Assembly: GCA_010405405.1 (NCBI GenBank)
Contig: MU004234.1
Location: forward strand, 478,993 to 542,992
DNA: 64,000 nt
Direction: 5' to 3'
Origin: Microthyrium microscopicum
Lineage: Eukaryota
Part shown: positions 25,344-38,100 of the stretch, in pieces
Layout: each line of letters begins with the position of its first letter
How positions within the stretch are numbered: the stretch's first letter is position 1
Translations under genes and position numbers: made by a program
Notes under the pieces: generated by a model
The model's database searches: none
The model's input: only the letters and a program-made list of their open reading frames with translations
Told to the model about the DNA's origin: nothing

Positions 25344-26641
25344 ATGTCCTCCGACATAGCCTCCCCAGCTCCCCGATGCGGACAATGCAATTCAACAGGA
25401 ACAGGACCGAACCTTCTCCGATGCTCTCGCTGCAAAGTAATACACTATTGCAGCATTGAGCACCAGCAAGCGCACTTCCCTATCCACAAAGGAGCGTGCA
25501 AGATCGTTTTCAGGACTCGATCCAGCATGGAAACCGAGGAGCAACGCCTACGCAATTTCCCTGGCGATGTCATGACTGCGGCTGATCCGTTTACTACTGG
25601 TGTCGGTCATTTCTGGGGTATCCATGAGACGCGTGATTATATGCGGGATCGTTTTGCGTTCGTGGAGGCGTTGCAGAGGATGCGATCGCATGATTCTGTA
25701 GTGGCACAGCTGGATCATTTGAAAGATATGCTTCGCTTGAGTAATAGTGATAATATGGGAGTGAGTTCTTTTCTTCAGGCGATACTCTACATGTGTAGTG
25801 TTTGGCGTCGAATCGAATGAGCCGATTTAGCTATGCTTGTCCAATCAACTACGATGTCTGCCATAACAGTCGCTCTGTTCAGGAGTGCCATGGCAGACAT
25901 CGTAGTCGATGGGAGTAGGAGCTCTTCACATCACTCACTTCTTTTGACGCTTAAGAGCTATACACTGGATTGCATTCTCAATTGTATCGATGAGAAGGCT
26001 CAATACTGACGGGTAACCAGGTTCGAGACTTGATTCCAGCGCTATATCTACGATTAGATCGTGATCAAGAATGCTATGATTTCATCAAATGGTGGGAAAC
26101 ATCAACGGACTACGAATGGAACGACGAAAAACCGGGACCACTTGATGTGCATAATGCAGACGTGTTCGAAGATGCTGCGTTCATCTGCAACAAATATCTT
26201 CACCTCGCCTTCGGAGCATCGATGACATTGCTGAAGATCAAACTTCTTCTGGACGTTCAAAACTTGGACAAGTCACTAGAAAAGAATGGGGAAAAGGTTC
26301 CCAACGAGGTATTCGACGGCATCCAACAGCACGTTGTGCGCAGCCCAATATTCCTCACGCCCAGAAACAAGATCATTCTGGAGCAAAAAGACCACACTGA
26401 CCTGATTCTCAAGCTGAAGCGTCAGATCAAACAGCTATACGGTACCGTCAACAACGTGAACAGATTCTACTGGACTGCTCTTTTGCAGCCAGGAAGGTGT
26501 CTCAACTCAAGACCGCAGATGTATAGTCCAGGCACAAAGGACGAGATGGTATTAAAATTACAATATACCTACGATGCTTGGATCGAAACCAAGGGGTCAC
26601 TTGAGGTGATTCGTCTGCTCAAGCAAGGGAAATTCGAGTGA
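25344..26641 (+). CDS. MYND-type zinc finger protein
   Basis: CGQC...CSRCKVIHYCSIEHQQAHFPIHKGAC (MYND), GHFWGIHETRDYMR; intron 25761-26020 joins DNMG|VRDLIPALYLRLDRDQECYDFIKWW in frame. Confidence 0.88.
25844..25910. repeat. Intronic inverted repeat (21-bp arms, 1 mismatch, 25-nt loop)
   Basis: ATCAACTACGATGTCTGCCAT (25844-25864) versus reverse complement of 25890-25910, ATCGACTACGATGTCTGCCAT. Confidence 0.93.
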
Positions 26642-26945
26642 TGGCTCATATGGCTATATGTTCATTGTATGAGGGTATTGGACCTTTCACGTTCGATATG
26701 AGGGTGCTAAAAAAGCCACACAACATGCTGATGAGTTGACAAAATAAACCACGTGCCCCGTCAAGTACAAAATCGACCATCTAGTTCGCTCGACAATTTC
26801 TTGACATATCCCATACTATTCAGCAGTTACATTGCCCGTTCCTTCTACGGTTCATAGTATGTTGAAGTACGATAGTGGCTGGCAGTGAGTTCTTCATACA
26901 TGACAGCACGCAGTCCCAATTCGATGATATGCTTGCGTTGAGAAC

Positions 26946-28133
26946 TTATTCCGCCTTTGGGTGAAGAATCTGCCGCAAATGCCGCTCAAAGTCATCTTCC
27001 TCAAATAGCGATCCCCAGGAGGAGTCATTCACTGTCTTGCGCCGGCGGGTACATGGCTCATCTCGCCCTTCCTTCAGTTCAAAGAAACCGATCTGATGAC
27101 TGTCTGATGGATCATGCCAGCCTTCAGGCGAACGCCATCGTTGATCCCCCAAACTCTGTGGATCATGATTCCACTGATCTTCTGCCAATTCCCGTTGGAG
27201 ATGCCACGCAGTCTGCCACGTGTAAACATAAAACGCGCCAAGTGCTCCACCCCATAGAGTCATGAAGAGTGCTAGAGGACGCTGCTTGGCAAGCCCACGC
27301 TTCCGTCCTATCGTCAGCCAAAATGCGACTGAATATAATGGCGAGAGGCACGATAGAAATAGGAGTATCTGACTAGCCATTCGCGGTGATTGCAGCACAT
27401 ATGGCCTGATAGATCGACCGTATGCAGTATTGTGGAAACCCCATCTCAGTAGACGGTTCACTTCTGTAAAGAGACGATCTTGCCTCTCCTGGGGCATGAG
27501 AGCAACTGTGGTTATACTGCCAATGTAAATGCCGACGTATATCCAGTTCATCCAGTTCGTAGCCGTCGGGGTCGGTGATGCTGTTCGCTTGCTGAGTCCT
27601 GTCATGATATCATTTTCTTCCATGCCACATTCTGCCTTCAGCGTGATACACGCCAGAGTCCTGGCTGCCAGCTTCTTCAGCAATCCGGGTGGTGGAGTTG
27701 GCATGATGGACAAAACCGTATCACATGTCTTGCTAGATACGTTGCCGTAAAGTTTGGCCTGACCGCAGCTATTCCAGAAGTCGTTGTGCGCGGACCATCG
27801 TTGAAGCCGGAGACTCTGGAAGCCGAAGTAGATGGCCACAAGGAGAGCACCAACACCAGCGCTTGCTCCAATCCATTTACCGCAACTCGAAGGAATGAGC
27901 TTCCGGAAAGCCTCTTGCAATCGGGAAGAGCTATCAGGTATAGATGACGTCGACTGAATGTTCCGACTCGTCGGCTCTGGCAATGATGTGTGGTTGGGAT
28001 CGCCCACATGGCTCACAGAGTCATCAGGCTGAGAACATGGCATCACAACACTGTCCTGGTTCTCTGAGTTGTCCATGTCAATTTGAATTGGGCGAGTGCT
28101 CAATTCAATTGGGTCTTCAGAAGATCTTGACAT
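26946..28133 (-). CDS. Hypothetical multi-pass membrane protein, 395 aa
   Basis: Single long ORF; about four hydrophobic segments (WIGASAGVGALLVAIYFGF, WIYVGIYIGSITTVALM, ILLFLSCLSPLYSVAFWLTI, LALFMTLWGGALGAFYVYTW). Confidence 0.65.
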   Translation of the reverse strand: MSRSSEDPIELSTRPIQIDMDNSENQDSVVMPCSQPDDSVSHVGDPNHTSLPEPTSRNIQSTSSIPDSSSRLQEAFRKLIPSSCGKWIGASAGVGALLVAIYFGFQSLRLQRWSAHNDFWNSCGQAKLYGNVSSKTCDTVLSIMPTPPPGLLKKLAARTLACITLKAECGMEENDIMTGLSKRTASPTPTATNWMNWIYVGIYIGSITTVALMPQERQDRLFTEVNRLLRWGFHNTAYGRSIRPYVLQSPRMASQILLFLSCLSPLYSVAFWLTIGRKRGLAKQRPLALFMTLWGGALGAFYVYTWQTAWHLQRELAEDQWNHDPQSLGDQRWRSPEGWHDPSDSHQIGFFELKEGRDEPCTRRRKTVNDSSWGSLFEEDDFERHLRQILHPKAE

Positions 28134-28550
28134 TTTCTCGAAGTTTGGCGTTACTGGTGTGTCATCCGGGACTGAGTCTGAGCAAAGTCGGAGTGCAAAG
28201 CATGGAGGCTGAGCTCAAGGTCACGACATGCATGCATTATGCCTTGTCTGTATATACCTACCTACAGTACCTATACAAACAAGGCTGTCACTCTAATTGG
28301 ACAGGTTCCACTCAACGGCATTTTGATGCATCACCACGGCCATCAGGGTATTTTTCTTGTACTTTTATGACAACCTTAAAACTCAAGACGGTAGCTGGAT
28401 GGAAGCGTCTTCACAAGCTCACGAGGCCCGCACAATGTCACTTCGTCATAGGGTTTATGAGGGGTAGAGCCGTAAATACAGTAGCTTGTAAAATCTTATC
28501 AACCAGCTCTCTGTGCAACTGCCTCTTACATGTATGCTTCATTGCTCAAG

Positions 28551-29902
28551 ATGCAGCCTTCCCAAAAGTCATTTTCTAGGATCTCTAGCGTCCGGTTACC
28601 TTCCAGACCGACAGATACTTTATGGGATATCTCCATAGAAGATGGAAAGATTGCAGGAATCACTGAGCAAGACGATAGCATACCAACGTCAGATGATAGC
28701 GTATATCAAGCAGATGGTGGCCTCCTTGCACCCTCGTTATGCCATGCACATATCCATCTAGATAAGTGTTTCCTACTTCAAGATCCAGCATTCGGTGATC
28801 TACAGATCAAGGAAGGCAGTTTCCAAGAGGCAATGGAGCTTACAACAGCCGCGAAAACAAGATTCACGTCAGAGGATCTCTTGCGGCGTGGCAGACGCCT
28901 TATTGAAGAAAGCATTGGATATGGTGTCACTTCGATGCGAGCTTTTGTGGAACTGGATGGCGATGTCATGTCTCGATGTCTGGAAGCCGCCATCAAACTC
29001 AAAGACGAATATGCATCCCTTTGCGACATTCAGATTTGTGCATTCGCTCAGAATCCTATCATTTCTGGTGATGGAGCAGAGACTGTTCAACGACTTATGA
29101 CCGAAGCTGCAGCAAATCCAGAAGTGGATGTGGTAGGCAGTACACCATACGTCGAAGATGATGAAAACCTGGAGAAGCACTTGTATTGGATCATCGATTT
29201 GGCATTACGAAATAAGAAGAGACTTGACTTCCATTTAGATTATTTTGTAAACGAAAAACGACAACCATCGATCTGGAGAGTTATTGAGCTTCTGAGGCAG
29301 CAGAAGTGGCCACTTGATAGCCAAGTACTCCTCGGTCACTGTACACGCCTAGTACTTTTTCCGGACGAGGAATGGCAGAAGCTCCATAATGCTATTGGAG
29401 ATCTTCCTATCACTTTCGTTGGATTGCCTACCTCGGATTTGTTCATGATGAGGACTGATTCTCATATAAGAGGTACACTTGACATTCCCAAAATGATCAA
29501 GAAACATAATCTGGACGGAATCTTGGCAGTCAACAATGTTGGAAATGCTTTCACACCACAAGGAAATTGTGATCCATTAAGTATCGCAAGTCTTGGAGTT
29601 GCCTTGTTCCATGCCGGTACTAAGGACAATTGTGAGCTTCTATATGTGAGTGTCATATCACCAGCGGCCAGCATTACACTAACATTTGAATCTAGCACTG
29701 CGTATCCACGAGAGCGAAGAGTGCCATTGGTTTCATAAATGCTCCATATACCGATCGGGAATTAGCCGTGGGACAGCCAGCTGACTTCTTGCTTTTCGAG
29801 TACGATGGAGGGAGAACCAGAAAAACCATCACTGAAGCTGTTTTGGATGGGGGAACACACCGCCGAACTTTCAAGAATGGCACTCTAATCTACCTTGAAT
29901 AG
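28551..29902 (+). CDS. Metal-dependent amidohydrolase, cytosine deaminase-like
   Basis: LLAPSLCHAHIHLDK (HxH), GVTSMRAFVE, VVGSTPYVE, LDFHLDY, LGHCTRL, VGLPTSDLFM, VNNVGNAFTPQG; intron 29646-29695 gives last exon HCVSTRAKSAIG...VGQPADFLLF...*. Confidence 0.88.
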
Positions 29903-31081
29903 AGATGTATCCTGAACCTCATACAATACTTTGTGAGGTGTAGGTGGAAGGTCTAAACCTCGGTTACCTTGGAAGTGATGCCTCACAACTTACTCGAATC
30001 GCGACTACCAATTATACCTTTCAAAGCTTGGGAATTAAGCAAATTCGAACACTGAACATATTACTTAAAACACTCGGAAGATAGTAGTTTAGACATAAGG
30101 CTGATTACAAACCACACAGTGGGATTTGAATGCATTTTGTTGTACACTGTCATCCCGGTCATATTTCTGCCATTGGTTTCAAGATAGACTAACACGATCC
30201 AAGGATATCCCAAAAGTTGGAACAATTTGAAACCTCCAATCTACAAATTAGCTAACAGGTCTATTCAGCAAGTAGTAAGTGAATCAAATATATCTGGGAC
30301 GACAATTTGTAGAGCTGACGACTAAGCGGTTCACAAAGGAGTCTATTTATACACCAGTCTGCGTCAACGAGACTTTTTTCTGGGAAACAGAGATACTTTG
30401 TTCAAGCTCTTAGAAAGAAGTCGAAGTGTCAAAACGCAAATTTTCATCCAAAAGACAATTGTTGATCGGTACACATCAAACTCCAGCAAGCAGACAGGAA
30501 GCATTTTCTTTGTAGCAATAATGTCCACGATAACAAGCAAAGAAAAAAATGAAGAGATACATAGATCCCTTTGAAATAGTTGAGGCAGTCTCTGAGAGCG
30601 ATAGAGGGACCGCCTGTCTTCATGTACTAAAGAAATAGGGACCTGCAATTCGAGATGCTATGCTGATACTTTTCAATCGCTTCCTTAGGTCAAAGTGATA
30701 TGTGACTACTCCTGCCTGTCGAGGCAACCAGAAACAGGATAGCCGCTTTGAATTTTGAGGCCGCTGAGAGCTATCCCACTGAAGATTGACATTGCCATAA
30801 TTGGTAACCAGCGGCCCAACACATTCGTCAATGCTCACTTGCTGCTTCCTCATAGTTGTTGCCTCTTATGCAGTGACTCAGAAGTAGCGCTAGTGAATAA
30901 CTTTGCACCTCATTTAGTTGTCGCTACAGGATATAAATCATCGTCTTCTACTTGTTCATTTCTCCCAAACCTTGAACCCCTTCCTTGGATATCGACACCA
31001 ACACGGTATCCCGAGATACTCGCATAGCCCATAGCTGTGTAGTGAAATACGTCTCGGGTCTCCAGCGAAACAAACGAAATC

Positions 31082-32027
31082 ATGCAGGCTTCAGAATCAA
31101 GTCCCGTCTTCAACTTTTTAGGCTTGCCACGAGAGCTTCAAGATGTAAGTCTCTAAATAGAATCACTCAGATATCCCGTGTTTGCTATCAAGTGCTCTCC
31201 GGCGCGAAAGTCTTATATTTAATCATGTGCTAACAGTTATTATAGGAGGTCATCACTTACATGCCCATAAAATCCATTCTTCGAATGCGACAGACTTGCA
31301 GAGCCTTTCAAGACCGCATACCACTGCCAACCAATCGAGACATCTTGGTGGCTAATGGCGTCCTTGATGACCCTCAGCCAGTTCATTTTTGTCGGGGCTG
31401 TAATCAGTTCAAGGACTATCACCACTTCGCGTTCGCAGATTTCTACCATTCGATAAACAAGAACGACATCTTAAGCGAGCTTGATATAGCCAAGAGTGAT
31501 GAGTGGCGTATAGTTCCTACTCCTGTATACCTCATTCCGAAAGCGGCGAAAGTTCTCTGGGTTCCAATCTTGAAGTTTATGGCAAAGATAAACTACGAAT
31601 CGTGGTTTTTAGCCGCCGAACGCCAACGCTGCGATATTTGTTGCGGGGTTCTACCGCCCAGTGAGTGCGAACAAACATGGCGGCGTCACATGTAAGATTT
31701 CCTTCAAGTTTCTGCTCATTGTCGATTGCTGACTTGATTACCTATAGTCAATTGATGGGGAAATTAGCTTCGTACAACTGTTGGCCGGCTACATCTTCGT
31801 TGAAGCCGATCGATGCCATCACGATTCAACAGTTCGGTCAATTGTTCAATCGCATGCACCAAATTCGACCAAAAATGTGTTATTCTGTCTTCAGCATTGC
31901 CAGAGAAGGGGAAAATCCCATTGGAAAGTGGCTAAACCCTGCGTTCTCAGAGTTGTGCTTGAGCAAGCTCATTTGGTCTCAGGAGATGACGGAAATTGTT
32001 CTGGAGATTTTCGGACCGCACAATTAG
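31082..32027 (+). CDS. F-box protein (not predicted intact by the ORF track); 3' end uncertain
   Basis: Intron 31145-31245 gives MQASESSPVFNFLGLPRELQD|EVITYMPIKSILRMRQTCRAF (F-box) followed by CRGC; second intron 31692-31747 leads to stop 32027 (alternative frame ends 32089). Confidence 0.7.
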
Positions 32028-32627
32028 GTCAATGGGAAGAATGTAACGAACGGGAATTACCCAAGTTAGTTTGGGAAATTGCTACATAGCTGTAATATTC
32101 CTAGTTATATCATGGCCTACTATGAAGTCTTTCAGGTAATTGAATAGTAAGCTAAATGAGAAACGACATGTGTACCTTAACTTCCCAGAGAAGGACGAAC
32201 CCGTAGAAACTGTTCGAACGGTATGCTGTACCATACCTAAAGCATGACACAAAAAGAACCACAAGCGCCGAAGAGGGTACTCTCTTGAATCTTGACGGAC
32301 CAGTCAATGGATGAGCCACCTACAGACCTAGGAGACCGTTCGATAGGGTGTTTAATGTATTCACCAATGAGCCAGCAGTTGGGCATTGAGCAGGCAATTC
32401 GTGAGCGGGTAACTATGACTTCTACATGCATAACCTACATAGTAGCACTTATTGCTATCAGACCCCTGCAGAGGCTCTGGTATAGGATTGGAGGAAGGAT
32501 TTTGATCACAGCGAAGCGCCTCACTGCTATATCGACCTAAATCTTACAGTACCAGCTTTGAAAGAACAGCGAAAATTCATCTTCACCGAATATCTCTCCT
32601 TCAGACTTTTAGAACCAAAGGTAGACC

Positions 32628-33575
32628 ATGGATAGTCCCAACGTTCGACCAGCTACCCCTCAAGCACTCCTCCATCGAGCGCCAGCGAAACCAGACCCCG
32701 CAGATACTCCCATCACCAAACCAAACAAGTATATCATTCTGCTTCTGGCGACAACCGGTGTCACTGGAAAAGTGCAAATAGCAACTGCAGTCTCCAAAGC
32801 CCTTGTTTGCCCGCTATTCCAAGGCGACAGTCTCCATGAAAGCAGTTCCAAAGCCGCAGCAGTAGGCGCAAGCCGAAGCGCAGATGGCGGCAAGTCACAA
32901 TATCAAAGAATGTGGATAACTAAGATGACACGGACTGGATTGCTATTTCCAGATTCTTCCAGGCCAGCCTTCGCGGATGCTGGCCACGACTCGTCGTCTG
33001 GATTTACTAGTCGAAGGGGATCTGCGTCTTCGAATTCCAGTATGGCTTCCTCTGCGGCAGATGCGATAGGTAGAGCTGATGCTTTGAATGTTGGGAATCA
33101 GTACATGACTTCGGGTGGCGTGCTTAGCAAAAATCAGTATGTCAACCGGTCAGTGTTCACCGTATCTGAAGAAGAGAGGCTTCGCCGAGAGAACCCTGCT
33201 TTGATGGTTCTCACGCATCCTGATCTCGAAAACTGGCATAAAGATGCAATTCGAGAGAGTGTAGGAGAGCATGGCATTGGCATCATTTTTGTACCGTTAT
33301 ACAAGACCGAGACTACTCGCGATGAGGACGAACAGGAAGAAGAGGAGATGCCAGTTCTGAGGCCAATGGATCCCAGTCTGATCAGTGGATTTACGAGCTT
33401 TGATGCGCTCCGAGCAACTGTGGGAATCAAGGACGACGGTGTCAATCTGAAGTATGGGCACGGAAAGCAAGGTAATCTCAAGGAGGAGATGATGCTGTAT
33501 GTCGACCTCGACGGAAACGTTGATGAGACTGTTGAAGAAATTGTCAGTGGGGTTAGAGATGTAATGTTTGCTTAA
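32628..33575 (+). CDS. Gluconokinase/shikimate-kinase-like P-loop protein with degenerate Walker A
   Basis: YIILLLATTGVTGKVQIATAVSKALVCPLFQGDSLH resembles the gluconokinase N-terminus; later LMVLTHPDLENWHKDAIR, IIFVPL and YVDLDGNVDETVEEI fit the remaining core; S-rich insert. Confidence 0.65.
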   Translation: MDSPNVRPATPQALLHRAPAKPDPADTPITKPNKYIILLLATTGVTGKVQIATAVSKALVCPLFQGDSLHESSSKAAAVGASRSADGGKSQYQRMWITKMTRTGLLFPDSSRPAFADAGHDSSSGFTSRRGSASSNSSMASSAADAIGRADALNVGNQYMTSGGVLSKNQYVNRSVFTVSEEERLRRENPALMVLTHPDLENWHKDAIRESVGEHGIGIIFVPLYKTETTRDEDEQEEEEMPVLRPMDPSLISGFTSFDALRATVGIKDDGVNLKYGHGKQGNLKEEMMLYVDLDGNVDETVEEIVSGVRDVMFA

Positions 33576-34153
33576 GCCTATAAATCAATATCAACTACCG
33601 TATTATTGACTAGTACACCACTTGGAACGATACGACACTAAGAAAACAGTCTTGCATTACTCGCTAAAGCCCGCAGTGGCAGCAATACACACCCCACGCC
33701 CCTACAAATCGAAGACAAGCCTATCGACATTACAAGTGCATAAAGAAGCGCTAGCGAAGCCGAGCGTTCTCGACTTGCTAGTCATCACGTAAGGTATAAC
33801 CAAGAGATCGTGACATAGACCTGCCCGACTGACTGAGTACGGGTGTAGCAGAATCTGGCTTGAGTGGTGCTACTATCATAAAGCTGATTCAACGGAGGAT
33901 GCGAAGATGGAAGAGACGTTGATCCCGGGCCTGGGAACACTTGCTGGTAACGCAAGTGGAGGATCGTAGGGTAGCGAATATTGGAGAAATAGTAACTGCT
34001 AGAAGCGAAATTATTGCTCCTATTTGGTCTGGGTTATATCTGGCCGATGATACTGTGATTGGCAGCTAAGTTTGATGCTTCTTTCTGGATATAATAGGGA
34101 CAGCTGTAGGGTGTTGTTAAGTGGCCTCAGCTAATACTGAAGTGGCCCCAGCG

Positions 34154-35276
34154 CAGGGTTGTGATTTAATTTAGTACTTTTTAATTAATTCTGAATTAAT
34201 ACTAATTAAATTAATTTTAATTCTAAATTTCTAAATTAACTTAGTATTAATTTAGGGTCTGTACTAATTAAATTAATTAGGCTGAATTAAGAATTAATTA
34301 AATATACTAATTTAAATTAATCTATTTTTAGTTATATATTTATTTCTAGTAGAGTTATATACTTTACTATTCTATTTTCTTCGTAGAATTCAAATCTATT
34401 CTTAGAATTTTTATATCTATTATAGTTACTATGATATGAATAGATTTAGAAAATATTTAATAATTATTATTAGTAAAATAAAGATATTTAACTAGTTATA
34501 ATAGTTATAAAAATAAGAATAGTATATCTAGATTCCTTAAGTTTTCTAGATACTAAATATATATAATAACTTATATAAAACCTAAATATATTATTAGTTA
34601 TTAGCTTTAGGTTAAAAGTTAGTAAAGTTTTTATACTTCTTAATTCTTTTAATTACTCAAAAACAAGATATATAGCTACTATTCTAATTATAGCTAGAAT
34701 ATAATAAAAGTATATATTAAAATACTTATTATAAATCTAGGAATACGAATATAGTATTAGTTTAGTTTAATATTATATATTTATTACGTAATTAATATAA
34801 TTAGAAAAGAAATATTATAATTTATTAGTTTTATAGTATTTATAGTAGTATAAATACGTTATATAAAGTATATAATATAGAAATCTAGTAGTATCTAATA
34901 TAGAATTATTATTCTAATATAGCTATCTAACTCTAGCTTCTTATTTACTTTTAGTTATTTAAATAATTAGTAAAATAATAAGTAAATAATATTATATTTC
35001 TTTCTAAATATCTAAAGAACTAAAAGCAAATAAGAAAAACTAATAATAGATCTAAAACCAGCAAGCCTAAACGAAGAGATTAATATAATTTTTATAGCTA
35101 AAATAGTATATTTCTATTTTATTAATTTAAATTAATTATTAAAATTAATTAATATTATCTTAATTAATTTAGTATTAATTTAAGGTAGGCATTAATTAAT
35201 TAATTTTAGTATGAGCTAGCATTAATTAATATTAATTTGGCGTTAATTAATTAAATTAAATTAAATCACAACCCTG
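34154..35276. mobile_element. hAT-like non-autonomous element (1123 bp) nested in the left TIR of the MULE, RIP-mutated
   Basis: 20-bp TIRs CAGGGTTGTGATTTAATTTA; 8-bp TSD CCCCAGCG (34146-34153) / CCCTAGCG (35277-35284); AATTAATT-type subterminal repeats at both ends. Confidence 0.9.
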
Positions 35277-35399
35277 CCCTAGCGAGATCTTAGGTGGCCT
35301 TAGCTGCCGTTACCTAATGGATTATCTACCGTTACTATATTAATCTAACCTTAAGTGGCCTTAGTCTAACCTAATCTAGTAATATCTTAAAAAATAAAA

Positions 35400-38100
35400 C
35401 ATAAATTACTGCTAAGCTATACTTCTAACTTTACCTCTTTAACTATTACTACTACTATTATAACTACTACCTCTTTATAATATAATTACTTAACTAATAA
35501 CTAACCAAAATAGACTAATTTAATATTCTTTATATTCTTAACCTTCCCTCTACTAGCATTATTTATTCTACCTAGTAGGAAGCCCTTAATGCTATTTACG
35601 ATTATAGCTAAATCTATAAATATTATATTAAATAAAAGCGTAGTTCTCTCTCTAAATTAAACCCTAATAATATATATATTTAGTATACTAAAGCTAATAA
35701 ACCCTCTTACTGCGGAGATACTTATTATAACGTTAAAACTATAAGGGATTAGTATCTTTATAACTATTAAATTATATAAAGTAAGAATAAAGCGCTTCTA
35801 GAATAGATTATTAATTATTAAGGCACCTATTATAACTATCTTATAGTATAAATAGATACTACGTACCCTACTATTTAATTATAGGCTTAGGAAGCTCTAG
35901 GAATTTATAATAAAGTTACTACTTTGTCTTTAAATAAGAGAACTATACTAAGTAAGATAATAGTAATCCTTTAAAATAAATATCTTAGCCTTATAATTAC
36001 TATTTAGGATATTTATAACATTAGAAGCGTTAATAAGATAATTTAACTTGCTAGATGTACTCTAATTAATATTATAGTATCTAAATTATATACGTATCCT
36101 AAATTTTGATATAAAATTAATATATACTAAAATAAGCTTATAAGCCTATTATTAGCATCTAGATAGTTTATTAAGCTTTATTAAACTTATCCTAATATCT
36201 TGCTTTTTAATTCAATATACTAAACTAATAAATATAAGATACTAATGTTTTACATTATTATAGTAATAGTAATAAATAAATACTTTAGCGTAGCGTTTAT
36301 TTATATAATGAGTAAAGATAAAGTATAATATTAGTAAGCACTAAAAGCGTTTAATAAGATAGTTTGACTTAGAATTCTTTTACTAAATATTATACTTATA
36401 GACTACTACTTAGCGCTAAAGAACGCGCTTTAAATAATAATTCTTAGTCCTTAATTTATATACTAATACTACTATAAAGAGGCTATTTGTCTTTAGATTA
36501 AGAGCTACTAGAATTGTCTTTAGTATCTTAAGGATCCTATAGGAAGAGCTATTATGGCGTAGACTTAGGAATTAGCCTTTAAGCTTTAGTTAAAGGTAGC
36601 CAAAATCTCTCTACTATTAGAGTTATTTTACTAATAAATTTGTAGGTCTTTTACGCTTTAATAGAGCCTAAACTAGAAGCTACTTAGCAATATCTTAATA
36701 TAACATTAAATATTAATAGTAAAGGGCTCTACTTTATATTATATCTTAAGAAGACCTAGATACTATAGAAATATTAACTTTATAACGCCTATATCTCTAA
36801 AGTCTATTATTTAGGTATAAAAATAACGTCTTTACTAGAAGGATTACATAAAGCTATTAAAGAGTAGATTTAGAAGAATAGTAATCTTTTCTCTATATTA
36901 GATACTTTAGAGGACGTTATTAAGGCTTAATATAAATAACTAAAAGATGCTATAGGCTATAAGGCTAAATATATACCTTATAATCTACTACTATAGCATC
37001 TTCCTATTATATTAAAAATATTCTACTATTTCGTTAGTAACTATACTCTAGATTTAATAAAGAAGTAATATCTTAAGTATAAAAATAAGGAATCTAGATA
37101 AGTTAAACGTATAGAGTGCTCTTTAACCTTTACTAATATAATAAGATTACTATATAGTTATACTATTAGGCTAAAGCTTACTAAAGACCCCTATTAGGTT
37201 CTTAATAAGGCTAACATTAATCCTTATTAGTTCTATAATTAAATTAGGTTTAGTAGAGAGTTAAATCGTCCTTTATAATATCCTATTAGTTAAGATCTAC
37301 TACCTAAACCTACGCTAGGAATTTAGCCTCTAAATATCATTTATAGTAGTAAACGTCTTTAAGCATCTTAGCCTAGCGTTTAGCCTAATTAACGCCTATA
37401 GGCTTTAATAGGTTAAATACTATCTTATACTAAGTTTTAGCCTATTCTATTACTAGCAATAGTTAATATAGTAGTTATAATAGCTATAGCGTCTTAAGAA
37501 TTTATTAATATTAAAGATTTAGATACTAAACTTATATAAACTTATACTATAGAATGCTAGCTACTACTAGAAGCTATAAAAGTAATAGATCTTATAGTAG
37601 AATTAGGCCCTTCTTTATAACTTTAGCTAGATTTAAGCCTATAACCTTCTTTAGCTAAACGCTAATACTAAAATACTACTCTTTTTATTTAACCTTTATC
37701 TAAATAAGTATTAAGTAAACACGCTATAGCTTTATTAAAGAAAATATTTTAGATTAAAGTAGATTATTAGGCTACGCAGATTAAAGAGCTAAAACGCTAT
37801 TAGGCTAAGTAAAAGCGCTATTAGGCTAATCTTAAAGAACGTCTTGTTAGAGCTAAAGCTATAGCTATAGAGGCTTAAATTACTACTTTAATAGCTACTA
37901 CTATCGTTAAGATAATAACGCATAAAGAGGTTACTATTACTACTACTACTTATATACTAATTTAATTAATTAAAGGCTTAAATAAGAGAAGAAAGAGGCC
38001 TATTTAGTGGCATCTAGGTAGACGTACTTAAAGATAGTTTAATACTAAGAATCTACGTAAAGATTATATATAAATTAGCTACGGAATATATATATTATCT
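35400..38100 (+). pseudogene. MULE transposase relic (boundaries approximate)
   Basis: From 36188 the + frame reads YPNILLFNSIY*TNKYKILMF...FSVAFIY...Y**AL, reverting by transitions to YPDILLFDSTYQTNKYKMPMF...YQWAL; later IDYYLALKNAL, YLGIKITSLLEGLHKAIK (about 36808) and CSLTFT...RLLYSY (about 37118; SWIM-like GLPCSH). Many TAA/TAG stops. Confidence 0.85.

Noticed and set aside
33700..34108. Gene disrupted by the Mutator insertion
   Set aside because: Joining the two flanks across the TSD gave no convincing reading frame in the frames I checked.
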